A stretch of DNA of 64,000 nucleotides, taken from an uncultured delta proteobacterium. Lineage in GTDB: Bacteria > Myxococcota_A > UBA9160 > UBA4427. Where the stretch lies: the NCBI GenBank assembly GCA_963822965.1, contig CAWGJT010000010.1, positions 192,001-256,000 on the forward strand, given 5' to 3'. The position numbers and the translations under genes are program-made. The stretch's first letter is position 1. Every line of letters begins with the position of its first letter. The notes below the pieces were generated by a model, which was not told the origin of the DNA, did no database searches, and saw only the letters and a list, made by a program, of their open reading frames with translations. Below are positions 1 to 7,725 of this stretch, piece after piece.

Positions 1-211
1 CGATCACGGTGCCGTCGGGTCGCACGCCGTGGATCCGCGCCATCAGCGTCTCGAGGCTGCGGCCGTAGCGGCCGGCATCGAAGCCCGGGGAAGCGATGTC
101 GACGCGGGCCAGGCGGCCGCGGCCGGCGTCGAGCCGTGCCAGCATCTCCACCTCGCGCCGGCACAGGGGGCACTCGCCGTCGTAGAGGATCGTGAATTCC
201 GGCGCGCTCAA
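1..211 (-). CDS. DCC-family thiol-disulfide oxidoreductase (DUF393), truncated by window edge
   Basis: Not in the ORF track. Manual translation from TTG at 211 (TTGA overlap with upstream stop) gives MSAPEFTILYDGECPLCRREVEML..., carrying the DxxCxxC motif. Confidence 0.85.
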   Translation of the reverse strand, partial: MSAPEFTILYDGECPLCRREVEMLARLDAGRGRLARVDIASPGFDAGRYGRSLETLMARIHGVRPDGTVI

Positions 212-705
212 GCGGCCTCCCTTCCGGTCTTCCCGGTCGCCCCGTTCGACTGGTCCGGGTGGAGCGCACGGATGCGGTCGAAGCGGTAGTCGAAGATGGC
301 GTTCAGCAGCGTCCGGATTGCCACCGCGTGCACGGCGTCTCCGAGCCGGCCCAGCGGCAGGGCGTAGCGCACGCGATCGGTCATCAGGACCCCGCCGGCC
401 CGGGCCGTGAACTCGTGGGTGTGCTCCCAGAGTCGGTACGGACCCCGCTCCTGCAGGTCGACGAAGCGGACGCCGGGCTCCCAGGCTGCGATGCGCGTGC
501 GCCAGGCCAGGGGCAGCCCGGCGAGCCGGATCGTGTAGTCGATCCGCGTCCCCGTTCGCATCTCGATGGGAGTGGGCGTGTGCAGCCGGAAGTGCATCCA
601 CGGCGGCGTGATCCGCCCCAGGTTCTCGGCGCGGGAGAAGAACTCGAAGACCGGGGCGATCGGTCGCTCGATCCACTGCTGTCGTTCGAGCCGGTGCACG
701 GTCAT
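208..705 (-). CDS. SRPBCC family ligand-binding protein
   Basis: ATG at 705 overlaps the cfa stop (ATGA); sequence VFEFFSRAENLGRITPPW...FVDLQERGPYRLWEHTH...MTDRVRY is typical of SRPBCC proteins. Confidence 0.85.
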   Translation of the reverse strand: MTVHRLERQQWIERPIAPVFEFFSRAENLGRITPPWMHFRLHTPTPIEMRTGTRIDYTIRLAGLPLAWRTRIAAWEPGVRFVDLQERGPYRLWEHTHEFTARAGGVLMTDRVRYALPLGRLGDAVHAVAIRTLLNAIFDYRFDRIRALHPDQSNGATGKTGREAA

Positions 706-1982
706 CCCGGCTCCAGGCTCCCCAGCAACGAGTCGCGGCGCACGGCCGGCTTCTCGAAGACCGCCTGGACGAGGCCGATCTCGCGTTCCTCGAAGCCCCC
801 CTCGCAGTAGCAGAGATAGAACTCCCACATCCGCAGGAAGGCGTCGTCGAGACCGAGCGCCTTCATGCGGGGCCGGTTGGCATTCATCCGCTCGCGCCAA
901 CGGCGCAGGGTCTCCGCGTAGTGGGGCGTCAGGTCCTCGACGTGAGTGAGGCGGAGGTCGGTGCTTCGTGCCGCGCTCGCGGCGAGCGCGCCGATCGAGA
1001 CGAGCTCACCGCCCGGGAAGATGTAGCGCTTGATGAAGTCGACGTTGCGCCGGTGCTCGTCGAGGAAACGGTCGTCCACCGTGATGGCCTGGAGCGCCAT
1101 CAGCCCGTTCGGGCGCAGGCGCTCGCTGCACACCCGGAAGAAGTCGTCCAGGTGGCGGTGGCCGACCGCCTCGATCATCTCGATGGAGACGAGCTTGTCG
1201 AAGCTTCCCTGCAGGTCGCGGTAGTCCTCGCACAGCACGCGGACGCGGTCTTCGAGGCCGGCCTCCCGCACCCGGCTTCGTGCCAGCTCGTACTGCTGCT
1301 GCGAGATCGTCGTCGTCGTCACGCGGCAGCCCGTCCGGAGGGCGGCGTGGATCGCGAAGCCGCCCCAGCCGGTTCCGATCTCGAGCACGTGATCCCGGGG
1401 GCCGATCTCGAGCTTGCGGCACACGCGATCGAGCTTGGCCACCGAGGCCTCCTCCATGCTCGCCCCGGTGCGTTCGAAGATGCCGCTCGAGTAGCTGAGG
1501 GTGGGATCCAGGAAGAGCTCGAAGAAGTCGTTGCCGAGGTCGTAGTGGGCCGCGATGTTGCGCCGGCTGCCGTCGCGGGTGTTGCGGCGCAGCCGGTGCC
1601 AGCCGCGGAGCGCGGGACGCATCCAGCGCGCGAGGCCGTCGTCGAAGCCCGCCAGGGCGGTGCGGTTGCGGGCCAGGATGCGGATCACGCCGGGCAGGTC
1701 GTCCGTCGACCACAGCTCGTCGATGAAGGCTTCGGCGCCGCCGAGGCTTCCGCGCAGCGCCAGGGCCGTGTAGAAGGCGGGGTCCCGGACCCAGACCGTC
1801 GACCGGAGGCGTGCCCGGGGGTCGCCGAATCGGAAGCGCCCGCCCGGGTCGACCAGGGTCAGATGGCCGTCGCGGAGGGACCGCAGGCGCGCGTGGACCG
1901 CCCGCCGGGCCTGGCGCGCGAGGCCCCGCCCGACGTCTCCGGGGGTCTCGCTTCGTTCGATCGAGAGGGTGGTCTCACTCAC
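702..1982 (-). CDS. cfa: Cyclopropane-fatty-acyl-phospholipid synthase family SAM methyltransferase (UfaM/Cfa-like)
   Basis: Motifs NIAAHYDLGNDFF, VLEIGTGWGG, SIEMIEAVG, FIKRYIFPGG, RMWEFYLCYCEGGF. Confidence 0.93.
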   Translation of the reverse strand: MSETTLSIERSETPGDVGRGLARQARRAVHARLRSLRDGHLTLVDPGGRFRFGDPRARLRSTVWVRDPAFYTALALRGSLGGAEAFIDELWSTDDLPGVIRILARNRTALAGFDDGLARWMRPALRGWHRLRRNTRDGSRRNIAAHYDLGNDFFELFLDPTLSYSSGIFERTGASMEEASVAKLDRVCRKLEIGPRDHVLEIGTGWGGFAIHAALRTGCRVTTTTISQQQYELARSRVREAGLEDRVRVLCEDYRDLQGSFDKLVSIEMIEAVGHRHLDDFFRVCSERLRPNGLMALQAITVDDRFLDEHRRNVDFIKRYIFPGGELVSIGALAASAARSTDLRLTHVEDLTPHYAETLRRWRERMNANRPRMKALGLDDAFLRMWEFYLCYCEGGFEEREIGLVQAVFEKPAVRRDSLLGSLEPG

Positions 1983-2782
1983 GCCGACTTCTCCTGCTGG
2001 GCGCGCTCGCGCGTTGGGGTGGGGGATGCTTCCGTTCCGGATCTCTGGGGGTGCGGATGGAAGGGGACGCCCGCGACCCAGAGCCGTAGGGCCTGCCAGT
2101 AGATGGCGGCGGTGAGCCTCGCGGTGGGCAGGGGGTCGCGGGCGAGGGCGAGCGCCAGGGAGCGGGTCGTGATCTCGCGACGCGCGAGCTCGAGCTCCGC
2201 GGCAAAGACGCGGCCGCCGCGATGGGCGTGACTCTCGATGCGTGCGTGCAGCCGATCGCCGGGCCCGTCGAAGTCGAACCGATAGTCCAGCTCCATCCCG
2301 AAGAAGGGCGAGACGTGGAACTCCTTGGCCGCCCAGTCGGTGAGCGCGGAGGTCGTTCCACGGGAACGCTCGAGCACGTAGCAGTGGCGCTCGTTCCAGG
2401 GCGTGTTGGTGACGTCCGCCACCACCGCTTCGAGGCCGCCGACCCCGTCGAAGCAGAAGTAGAAGCTCACCGGGTTGAACACGTAGCCCCCGTAGCGCAG
2501 CTGGGTGAGCAGTCGGATCGGCCCAAGGGGCCGCCTGCCGGTTTGGCTCTCGACGAGATCGCGGACCGTCTCGTCGAGGGGCCGGTTGGGGTCTCCCAGG
2601 TGGTCGCGGCGGTCGAAGCGCGCGAAGGCGCGCCTTCGCGTGGACCAGAGCCAGCGCCCCGCGAAGACCGTCGGCAGCTCCGCCAGGTCGAGGTAGACCA
2701 TGAAGAGGGGGACCTCGAAGGCGTGGGGCACGGGGCCCAGGCGCTGGTGTCGTACTCGGCCGCGGTACAAGGCGCTCTTCAT
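1979..2782 (-). CDS. DUF1365 family protein (UfaO-like)
   Basis: MKSALYRGRVRHQR, GYVFNPVSFYFC, VTNTPWNERHCY, KEFHVSPF, IYWQALRLW; conserved position between FAD oxidoreductase and cfa. Confidence 0.9.
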   Translation of the reverse strand: MKSALYRGRVRHQRLGPVPHAFEVPLFMVYLDLAELPTVFAGRWLWSTRRRAFARFDRRDHLGDPNRPLDETVRDLVESQTGRRPLGPIRLLTQLRYGGYVFNPVSFYFCFDGVGGLEAVVADVTNTPWNERHCYVLERSRGTTSALTDWAAKEFHVSPFFGMELDYRFDFDGPGDRLHARIESHAHRGGRVFAAELELARREITTRSLALALARDPLPTARLTAAIYWQALRLWVAGVPFHPHPQRSGTEASPTPTRERAQQEKSA

Positions 2783-2792
2783 GCGAGCCGCC

Positions 2793-4034
2793 TCAGAAGT
2801 CCGCGCCCAGCTCGGCGCACATCTCCACCGCGCTGCGCACACCGTCCTCGTGGAAGCCGTGGCCCCACCAGGCGCCGCAGTAGTGCGTGCGGGCGAGGCC
2901 GCTGATCTCGCTGCGGCGCTGCTGGGCCTCGATCGCGGCCGCGTCGAAGACGGGATGGTGATAGGTGAAGCGCCGGAGCACGTGGCGCGGATCGATGCGG
3001 TCGCTGCCGTTCAGGGTGACCAGGAAGCGGGAAGGTCCGTCGATCGACTGCAGGCGGGTCATGTCGTAGGTGACGAGCACCCGGTCCCGGCGCGAGCGCG
3101 GGATGCGGTAGTTCCAGCTCGCCCAGGCGTGCGGGCTCCGCGGCAGGAGCTGCCGGTCGGTGTGGAGCACGACGTCGTTCTCCTGGTAGCCGACGGCGCC
3201 GAGGAGCACCCGCTCGAGCCCGGAGGGATCGGCCAGCAGGCGCAGGGCCTGGTCGCTGTGGACCGCCAGCACGACGTGGTCGAAGTGATCGCAGCCGCCG
3301 GAGGTCGCCACCTCGACGGAACGCCGGTGGCGGCGGACGGCGAGCACCGGGGCGCCGGTGAGGATGCGGTCGCGGAACGGCGCGACGAGCTTCTCGACGT
3401 AGCGCTGGGAGCCACCGGTGACGACGCGCCAGGGCAGCGAGGGACTCGCTTCCAGCAGACCGTGGTTCTCGAAGAAGCGAGCGAAGGTGGCCGCCGGGAA
3501 ACGCAGGAAGGCGTCGGGCTCGGCCGACCAGATGGCGGCGCCCATCGGGACGACGTAATGCTCGACGAACGCGCGCGAGTAGCCGGCGCCGCACAGGAAG
3601 TCGCCGAGGGTCACCTTCTCGTGGGGGTTGCCGGCCAGGACCCGCGCCTCGCGGTTGAAGCGCAGGACGTCCCGCAGCATGCGCAGGAACGAGGGCCGCA
3701 GCAGGTTGCGGCGCTGGGCGAAGACGGCGCCGAGCCCACGACTCGCCCATTCGAGGCCCGTTCGCTCGCAGGAGAGGCCGAAGCTCATCTCGGAAGCCTG
3801 GGTCTCGACGCCGAGGCGTGCGAGCAGACGCGTGAAGAGCGGATAGGTGCGCTCGTTGTAGACGATGAACCCCGTGTCGATGGCGTGTTGGACGCCGTCG
3901 GCGACGACGTCCACGGTGCTGACGTGTCCGCCGATCCGGGACTCCGCCTCGAAGACGGTGACCTCGTGGTGGGGATGCAGCAGGTGCGCGCTGACCAGCC
4001 CCGAGACGCCGCTGCCGACGATCGCGATCTTCAT
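2793..4034 (-). CDS. FAD/NAD-dependent oxidoreductase (UfaD-like fatty-acid desaturase family)
   Basis: Real start MKIAIVGSGVSG (GxGxxG) at 4034 with ATGA overlap; IDTGFIVYNERTYP; C-terminal CGAWWGHGFHEDG. Confidence 0.92.
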   Translation of the reverse strand: MKIAIVGSGVSGLVSAHLLHPHHEVTVFEAESRIGGHVSTVDVVADGVQHAIDTGFIVYNERTYPLFTRLLARLGVETQASEMSFGLSCERTGLEWASRGLGAVFAQRRNLLRPSFLRMLRDVLRFNREARVLAGNPHEKVTLGDFLCGAGYSRAFVEHYVVPMGAAIWSAEPDAFLRFPAATFARFFENHGLLEASPSLPWRVVTGGSQRYVEKLVAPFRDRILTGAPVLAVRRHRRSVEVATSGGCDHFDHVVLAVHSDQALRLLADPSGLERVLLGAVGYQENDVVLHTDRQLLPRSPHAWASWNYRIPRSRRDRVLVTYDMTRLQSIDGPSRFLVTLNGSDRIDPRHVLRRFTYHHPVFDAAAIEAQQRRSEISGLARTHYCGAWWGHGFHEDGVRSAVEMCAELGADF

Positions 4035-5068
4035 CGCGTCTCTCGCCGCGCCATGCGAGCGTGCACCACCCACCACTCCTGGCCGTCCCGGTATCCGAAC
4101 AGCTCCGTGCAGGCGAGGAAGAAGAGCCGCCAGCGCTGGAACCAGAGAGCGGCGCCTTCGCGGCCGTAGGCCTGGGCGAGCACCGGCAGGATCTCGGATC
4201 GGTTGGCGTCCTGTCGCGCGAGCCAGGCCCGGGCCGTCCGCTCGTAGTGGGTTCCGTCGACCACCCACTTGCGCTCCACGACGAGGTCGCGCTGCAGGTG
4301 CAGCAGGTGGTCGTCCGAGGGCATGATGCCGCCCGCGAAGAAGTGGCGCGCCATCCAGTCTTCCTCGCCCTCGTCCTCGTAGGCATAGCCGGCACTGCGA
4401 TGGGCGAAGTGGTGTACGAAGAGGCTGCCGCCGGGCTCGAGCCAGCCCGCGATCCGGGCCAGCAGGGCTGCCTGGTTGCGAACGTGCTCGAACATCTCCA
4501 CGGACACGACGCGATCGAAGCGGCCCTCCGGCCGGAAGTCGTTGATGTCCGCCGTCACGACCTCGACGTTGTGCAGCCCCCGCCGGGCGCAGCGGCTCAG
4601 GATGTACTCGCGCTGGGGCTTCGAGTTCGAGACCGCCAGGATGCGCGCCAGGGGAAGGCGCTCGGCCAGGTAGAGCGAGAGGGAGCCCCAGCCGCAGCCG
4701 AGGTCGAGGATGCGCATGCCGTCCTCGACGTCCGCCCGCTCGCAGGTACGGGCCAGCATCGCCTCTTCGGCGGCATCGAGGTCCGTCTCCGCGTCCTCGA
4801 ACCAGGCGCAGCTGTACTTCAGACGGCGTCCGAGCACGCGCTCGAAGAACGCCGGCGGCACCTCGTAGTGCTGCTCGTTCGCGAGCTCGGGGACGAGGGC
4901 CACCGGGCCCACCCGCAGCATCTCCCGGAAGCGATGGTTGCGGGCGGCGGCTTCGGTGGCCCGGACCGGCACCACCTCCCGGAGGCGCTGCCGCAGCAGG
5001 CGGCGAATGCCCTGGCGAACGAGGGCATCGGGAACCAGGCCGCGCTCGGCGAGGTGAAGGGGGCGCAT
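4031..5068 (-). CDS. Cfa-like / N-methyltransferase-like SAM-dependent methyltransferase
   Basis: ANEQHYEVP, LKYSC, ILDLGCGWGS, VSVEMFEH, WMARHFFAGG, RWRLFFLACTELFGY; AAAGGAGA RBS before ATG 5068. Confidence 0.9.
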   Translation of the reverse strand: MRPLHLAERGLVPDALVRQGIRRLLRQRLREVVPVRATEAAARNHRFREMLRVGPVALVPELANEQHYEVPPAFFERVLGRRLKYSCAWFEDAETDLDAAEEAMLARTCERADVEDGMRILDLGCGWGSLSLYLAERLPLARILAVSNSKPQREYILSRCARRGLHNVEVVTADINDFRPEGRFDRVVSVEMFEHVRNQAALLARIAGWLEPGGSLFVHHFAHRSAGYAYEDEGEEDWMARHFFAGGIMPSDDHLLHLQRDLVVERKWVVDGTHYERTARAWLARQDANRSEILPVLAQAYGREGAALWFQRWRLFFLACTELFGYRDGQEWWVVHARMARRETR

Positions 5069-5124
5069 CGGATCTCCTTTCTGTCCGGATTCGAGTCGAC
5101 GTAAGTTGGACAACAATCTCGTAC

Positions 5125-5148
5125 TTGTCAAGAAAAAATCTTGACGAA
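5125..5148. promoter_or_regulatory. Palindromic operator-like box 1 (GTCAAGA-N5-TCTTGAC) in the divergent promoter region
   Basis: AT-rich TTGTCAAGAAAAAATCTTGACGAA; arms 5127-5133 and 5139-5145 are perfect reverse complements and contain TTGAC(A) -35-like hexamers on both strands; same geometry as box 2. Confidence 0.75.
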
Positions 5149-5192
5149 ATTCGGTGACGAGCGGGTTCTGTCCTGATACGATCCGGCGCCAG

Positions 5193-6083
5193 ATGGCGAC
5201 CGAAGAAGACCTGGAGACGTACTCGGTGGGGCGGGTCTCCCGCCTCACGGGGGTCTCCCCCGACCTGCTGCGGGCCTGGGAGCGGCGCTATGGCGCCGTG
5301 CATCCCTTGCGGACGCCCGGAGGCACCCGGCGCTACCGCGCCGAGGACATCGACCGGCTGCGCCTTCTGAAGGCGGCCGTCGATTCCGGGCACCGGATCG
5401 GTGAGGTGGCCGGCCTCTCCTCGGCCGAGCTCGAGCAGCGGGTCCTGCGGACGCCGGAGCCCGACCGGGCTCCCATCGACGAGGCGCTCCGGGCCCTCGA
5501 GCGCCTCGACGGCGCGGCGGCCGAGCAGCTGATCTCGAGCCAGCTCGCGATGCTGGGGCCGGTGCGGTTTGCGAAGGAGTTCGCGCTTCCCCTGGCCCAG
5601 GCGCTTGGAGACGGCTGGATGAGCCAACGCCTCTGCATCGCCTCGGAGCACCTGGGCTCGGCGCTGCTGCGCTCGCTGCTGGGCTCCGCGCTACGCCCCA
5701 CGGTGGCGCACCGGGGGGCGCCGATCGTGGTCTTCGCGACCGTGCCCGGAGAGCGGCACGAGATCGGGCTGCTGATCGCCGCGCTCACCGCGCTCGGGGC
5801 CGGTGCCAACCCGCTGTACCTGGGATCGGATCTCCCGCTGGAGGAGATCGTCGGTGCGGCGCGCCGGACCGCAGCCCAGGCGGTGGCGATCGGGGCGGTG
5901 GTGACGCCTGCCCCCGAGCTGGTGGCGGACCTGCGGCGGCTTCGGGAGGAGCTTCCGCGGCGGGTGGAGCTGTGGGTGGGCGGGGCCGGGGCGCTCGCCG
6001 TCGAGGTGCCCGAGGGCGTGCAGCGCCTGGACTCGCTCCGCCGCCTCGAGCAGCGGGTGGAGCTGCTGCGCATCATCCCCTGA
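5193..6083 (+). CDS. carH: CarH/LitR-type MerR-family regulator with cobalamin-binding domain (AdoB12 photoreceptor)
   Basis: MerR HTH with LRAWERRYG; W-x9-EH motif (WMSQRLCIASEH); ExHxxG B12 motif (GERHEIG); C-terminal LWVGG; photolyase/cfa neighbourhood. Confidence 0.88.
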   Translation: MATEEDLETYSVGRVSRLTGVSPDLLRAWERRYGAVHPLRTPGGTRRYRAEDIDRLRLLKAAVDSGHRIGEVAGLSSAELEQRVLRTPEPDRAPIDEALRALERLDGAAAEQLISSQLAMLGPVRFAKEFALPLAQALGDGWMSQRLCIASEHLGSALLRSLLGSALRPTVAHRGAPIVVFATVPGERHEIGLLIAALTALGAGANPLYLGSDLPLEEIVGAARRTAAQAVAIGAVVTPAPELVADLRRLREELPRRVELWVGGAGALAVEVPEGVQRLDSLRRLEQRVELLRIIP

Positions 6084-6106
6084 CGGGCAAGCGCGCGCGG
6101 CTGTAT

Positions 6107-6131
6107 TTTGTCAAGATAAAATCTTGACAAA
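6107..6131. promoter_or_regulatory. Palindromic operator-like box 2 upstream of the photolyase operon
   Basis: Perfect 11-bp inverted repeat TTTGTCAAGAT-AAA-ATCTTGACAAA containing TTGACA (6124-6129). Confidence 0.8.
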
Positions 6132-6162
6132 TATGGGCAAGTGATGCACCCTCCCGGTCCTG

Positions 6163-7725
6163 ATGACCCATCCCCCCGACTCCCCGATCCTCCCCCCCGC
6201 GTCCCCCGCGTCCCCCGCGTCCCCCGCGTCCCCCGCGCACCCTGTGCGCCGAATCCTGCTCACTGGGGCCAGCGGCTACGTGGGCGGCCGATTGCTCGGC
6301 AGCCTGGAGAGGGCGGGCTACCGGGTTCGCTGCCTGGCCCGCGATCCGGCTCGCATCGCGTCGCGCGTCGGGCCGACCACCGAGGTGGCTCGGGGCGACG
6401 CGGTGGAGGGGGAGGGCCTCGAGGCGGCGCTGCAGGGCGTGGACACCGCCTACTACCTGATCCACTCCATGGGAGCCGCCCACGGCTTCGAGGCCCGCGA
6501 CCGCCGAGCGGCGCTGCATTTCGGTGCCGCCGCGAAGGCGGCCGGTGTGCGGCGGATCGTCTACCTGGGCGGCCTCGCCGACGAGCAGGGCCCGCTGTCC
6601 CCGCACCTGCGCAGCCGGCTGGAGGTGGGCCGCGTCCTGCGCGGCTCGGGCGTTCCCGTGATCGAGCTGCGCGCCTCCATCGTGATCGGCTCGGGCAGCC
6701 TCTCGTTCGAGATGATCCGTTCCATCGTCGAGCATCTGCCCGTGCTGGTCACCCCGCGCTGGGTGTCGATGAAGGCCCAGCCCATCGGGATCGACGACCT
6801 GCTCGCCTACCTGCTGGCGTCGATCGAGCTGCCGCAGGCGGGCAACGCCGTCTACGAGATCGGAGGCTCCGATCGCCTCTCCTACGGAGATCTCATGCGG
6901 GAGTACGCGCGCCAGCGCGGGCTGCGCCGCGTCATGCTCCCGGTTCCCGTGCTGAGCCCGCGGCTCAGCAGCTACTGGCTCGGTCTCGTGACGCCTCTCT
7001 ACGCCCGGATCGGCCGGAAGCTGATCGACAGCATCCGACACTCCTCGGTGGTGCGGGACGATTCCGCGCGGAAGGTCTTCCGGATCGATCCGGTGGACAT
7101 CCGCACCGCCATCGCGCGCGCGCTCGAGAACGAGGAGCGAGAGTTCGCCGAGACGCGCTGGTCCGACGCGCGCTCGACCCTCGAGGACGACGGTCCGGGC
7201 TTCGGCGGGGTGCGGGTCGGGCGCCATCTGCTGGATTCGCGCAGCACCTGGCTGCCGCTGCCGCCCGAGGAAGCGTTTGCTCCCGTGCAGGCGATCGGCG
7301 GGCAGACGGGCTGGTACGCGCACGACTGGCTGTGGCGCCTGCGGGGGCTGGTCGACCTGGTGGTCGGCGGCGCCGGCATGCGCCGCGGCCGCCGGCACGC
7401 GACGGACATTCGCGTCGGCGACACCCTGGACTGCTGGCGCGTCGTCCGGCTGGAGCCGGCCCGGGTGCTGCGGCTGGAGGCCGAGATGAAGCTGCCGGGG
7501 CGGGCCTGGCTGCAGTTCGAGGTGGAGCCCGCCGGGACGGGCTCGTGCCTCCGGCAGACCGCCATCTTCCATCCCGCGGGCCTGGCCGGCCTGGCCTACT
7601 GGTACGCGATCTATCCCCTGCACGCGCTCGTGTTCCGCGGGATGCTGGCCGGCATCGCCGCCCGAGCCCGGGCGGCTTCGCGGCGGGCCGGGGCGCCTTC
7701 CGCCGCGCAGGAGATCGCCTCGTGA
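6163..7725 (+). CDS. YbjT-like NAD(P)-binding SDR/epimerase with C-terminal DUF2867 (SRPBCC-like) domain
   Basis: LLTGASGYVGG, AYYLIHSM, IIGSGSLSFE-like VIGSGSLSFEMIR, IGGQTGWY...WRLRG, EMKLPGRAWL, GLAYWY. Confidence 0.88.
   Translation: MTHPPDSPILPPASPASPASPASPAHPVRRILLTGASGYVGGRLLGSLERAGYRVRCLARDPARIASRVGPTTEVARGDAVEGEGLEAALQGVDTAYYLIHSMGAAHGFEARDRRAALHFGAAAKAAGVRRIVYLGGLADEQGPLSPHLRSRLEVGRVLRGSGVPVIELRASIVIGSGSLSFEMIRSIVEHLPVLVTPRWVSMKAQPIGIDDLLAYLLASIELPQAGNAVYEIGGSDRLSYGDLMREYARQRGLRRVMLPVPVLSPRLSSYWLGLVTPLYARIGRKLIDSIRHSSVVRDDSARKVFRIDPVDIRTAIARALENEEREFAETRWSDARSTLEDDGPGFGGVRVGRHLLDSRSTWLPLPPEEAFAPVQAIGGQTGWYAHDWLWRLRGLVDLVVGGAGMRRGRRHATDIRVGDTLDCWRVVRLEPARVLRLEAEMKLPGRAWLQFEVEPAGTGSCLRQTAIFHPAGLAGLAYWYAIYPLHALVFRGMLAGIAARARAASRRAGAPSAAQEIAS
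6194..6237 (+). repeat. 9-bp tandem repeat (CCCCCGCGT) x~4.9, encoding PAS repeats at the N-terminus
   Basis: Read directly from the sequence. Confidence 0.9.

Noticed and set aside
2793..5651. 952-aa fusion ORF
   Set aside because: Only the segment from MKIAIVGSG (4034) is a recognisable protein; the upstream part overlaps two real genes in other frames.
6141..7721. 567-aa ORF 6141..7844 as a full gene
   Set aside because: Arg/Gly/Pro-rich off-frame translation over the YbjT-like gene; only its last 40 codons (from GTG 7722) belong to the selenoprotein.
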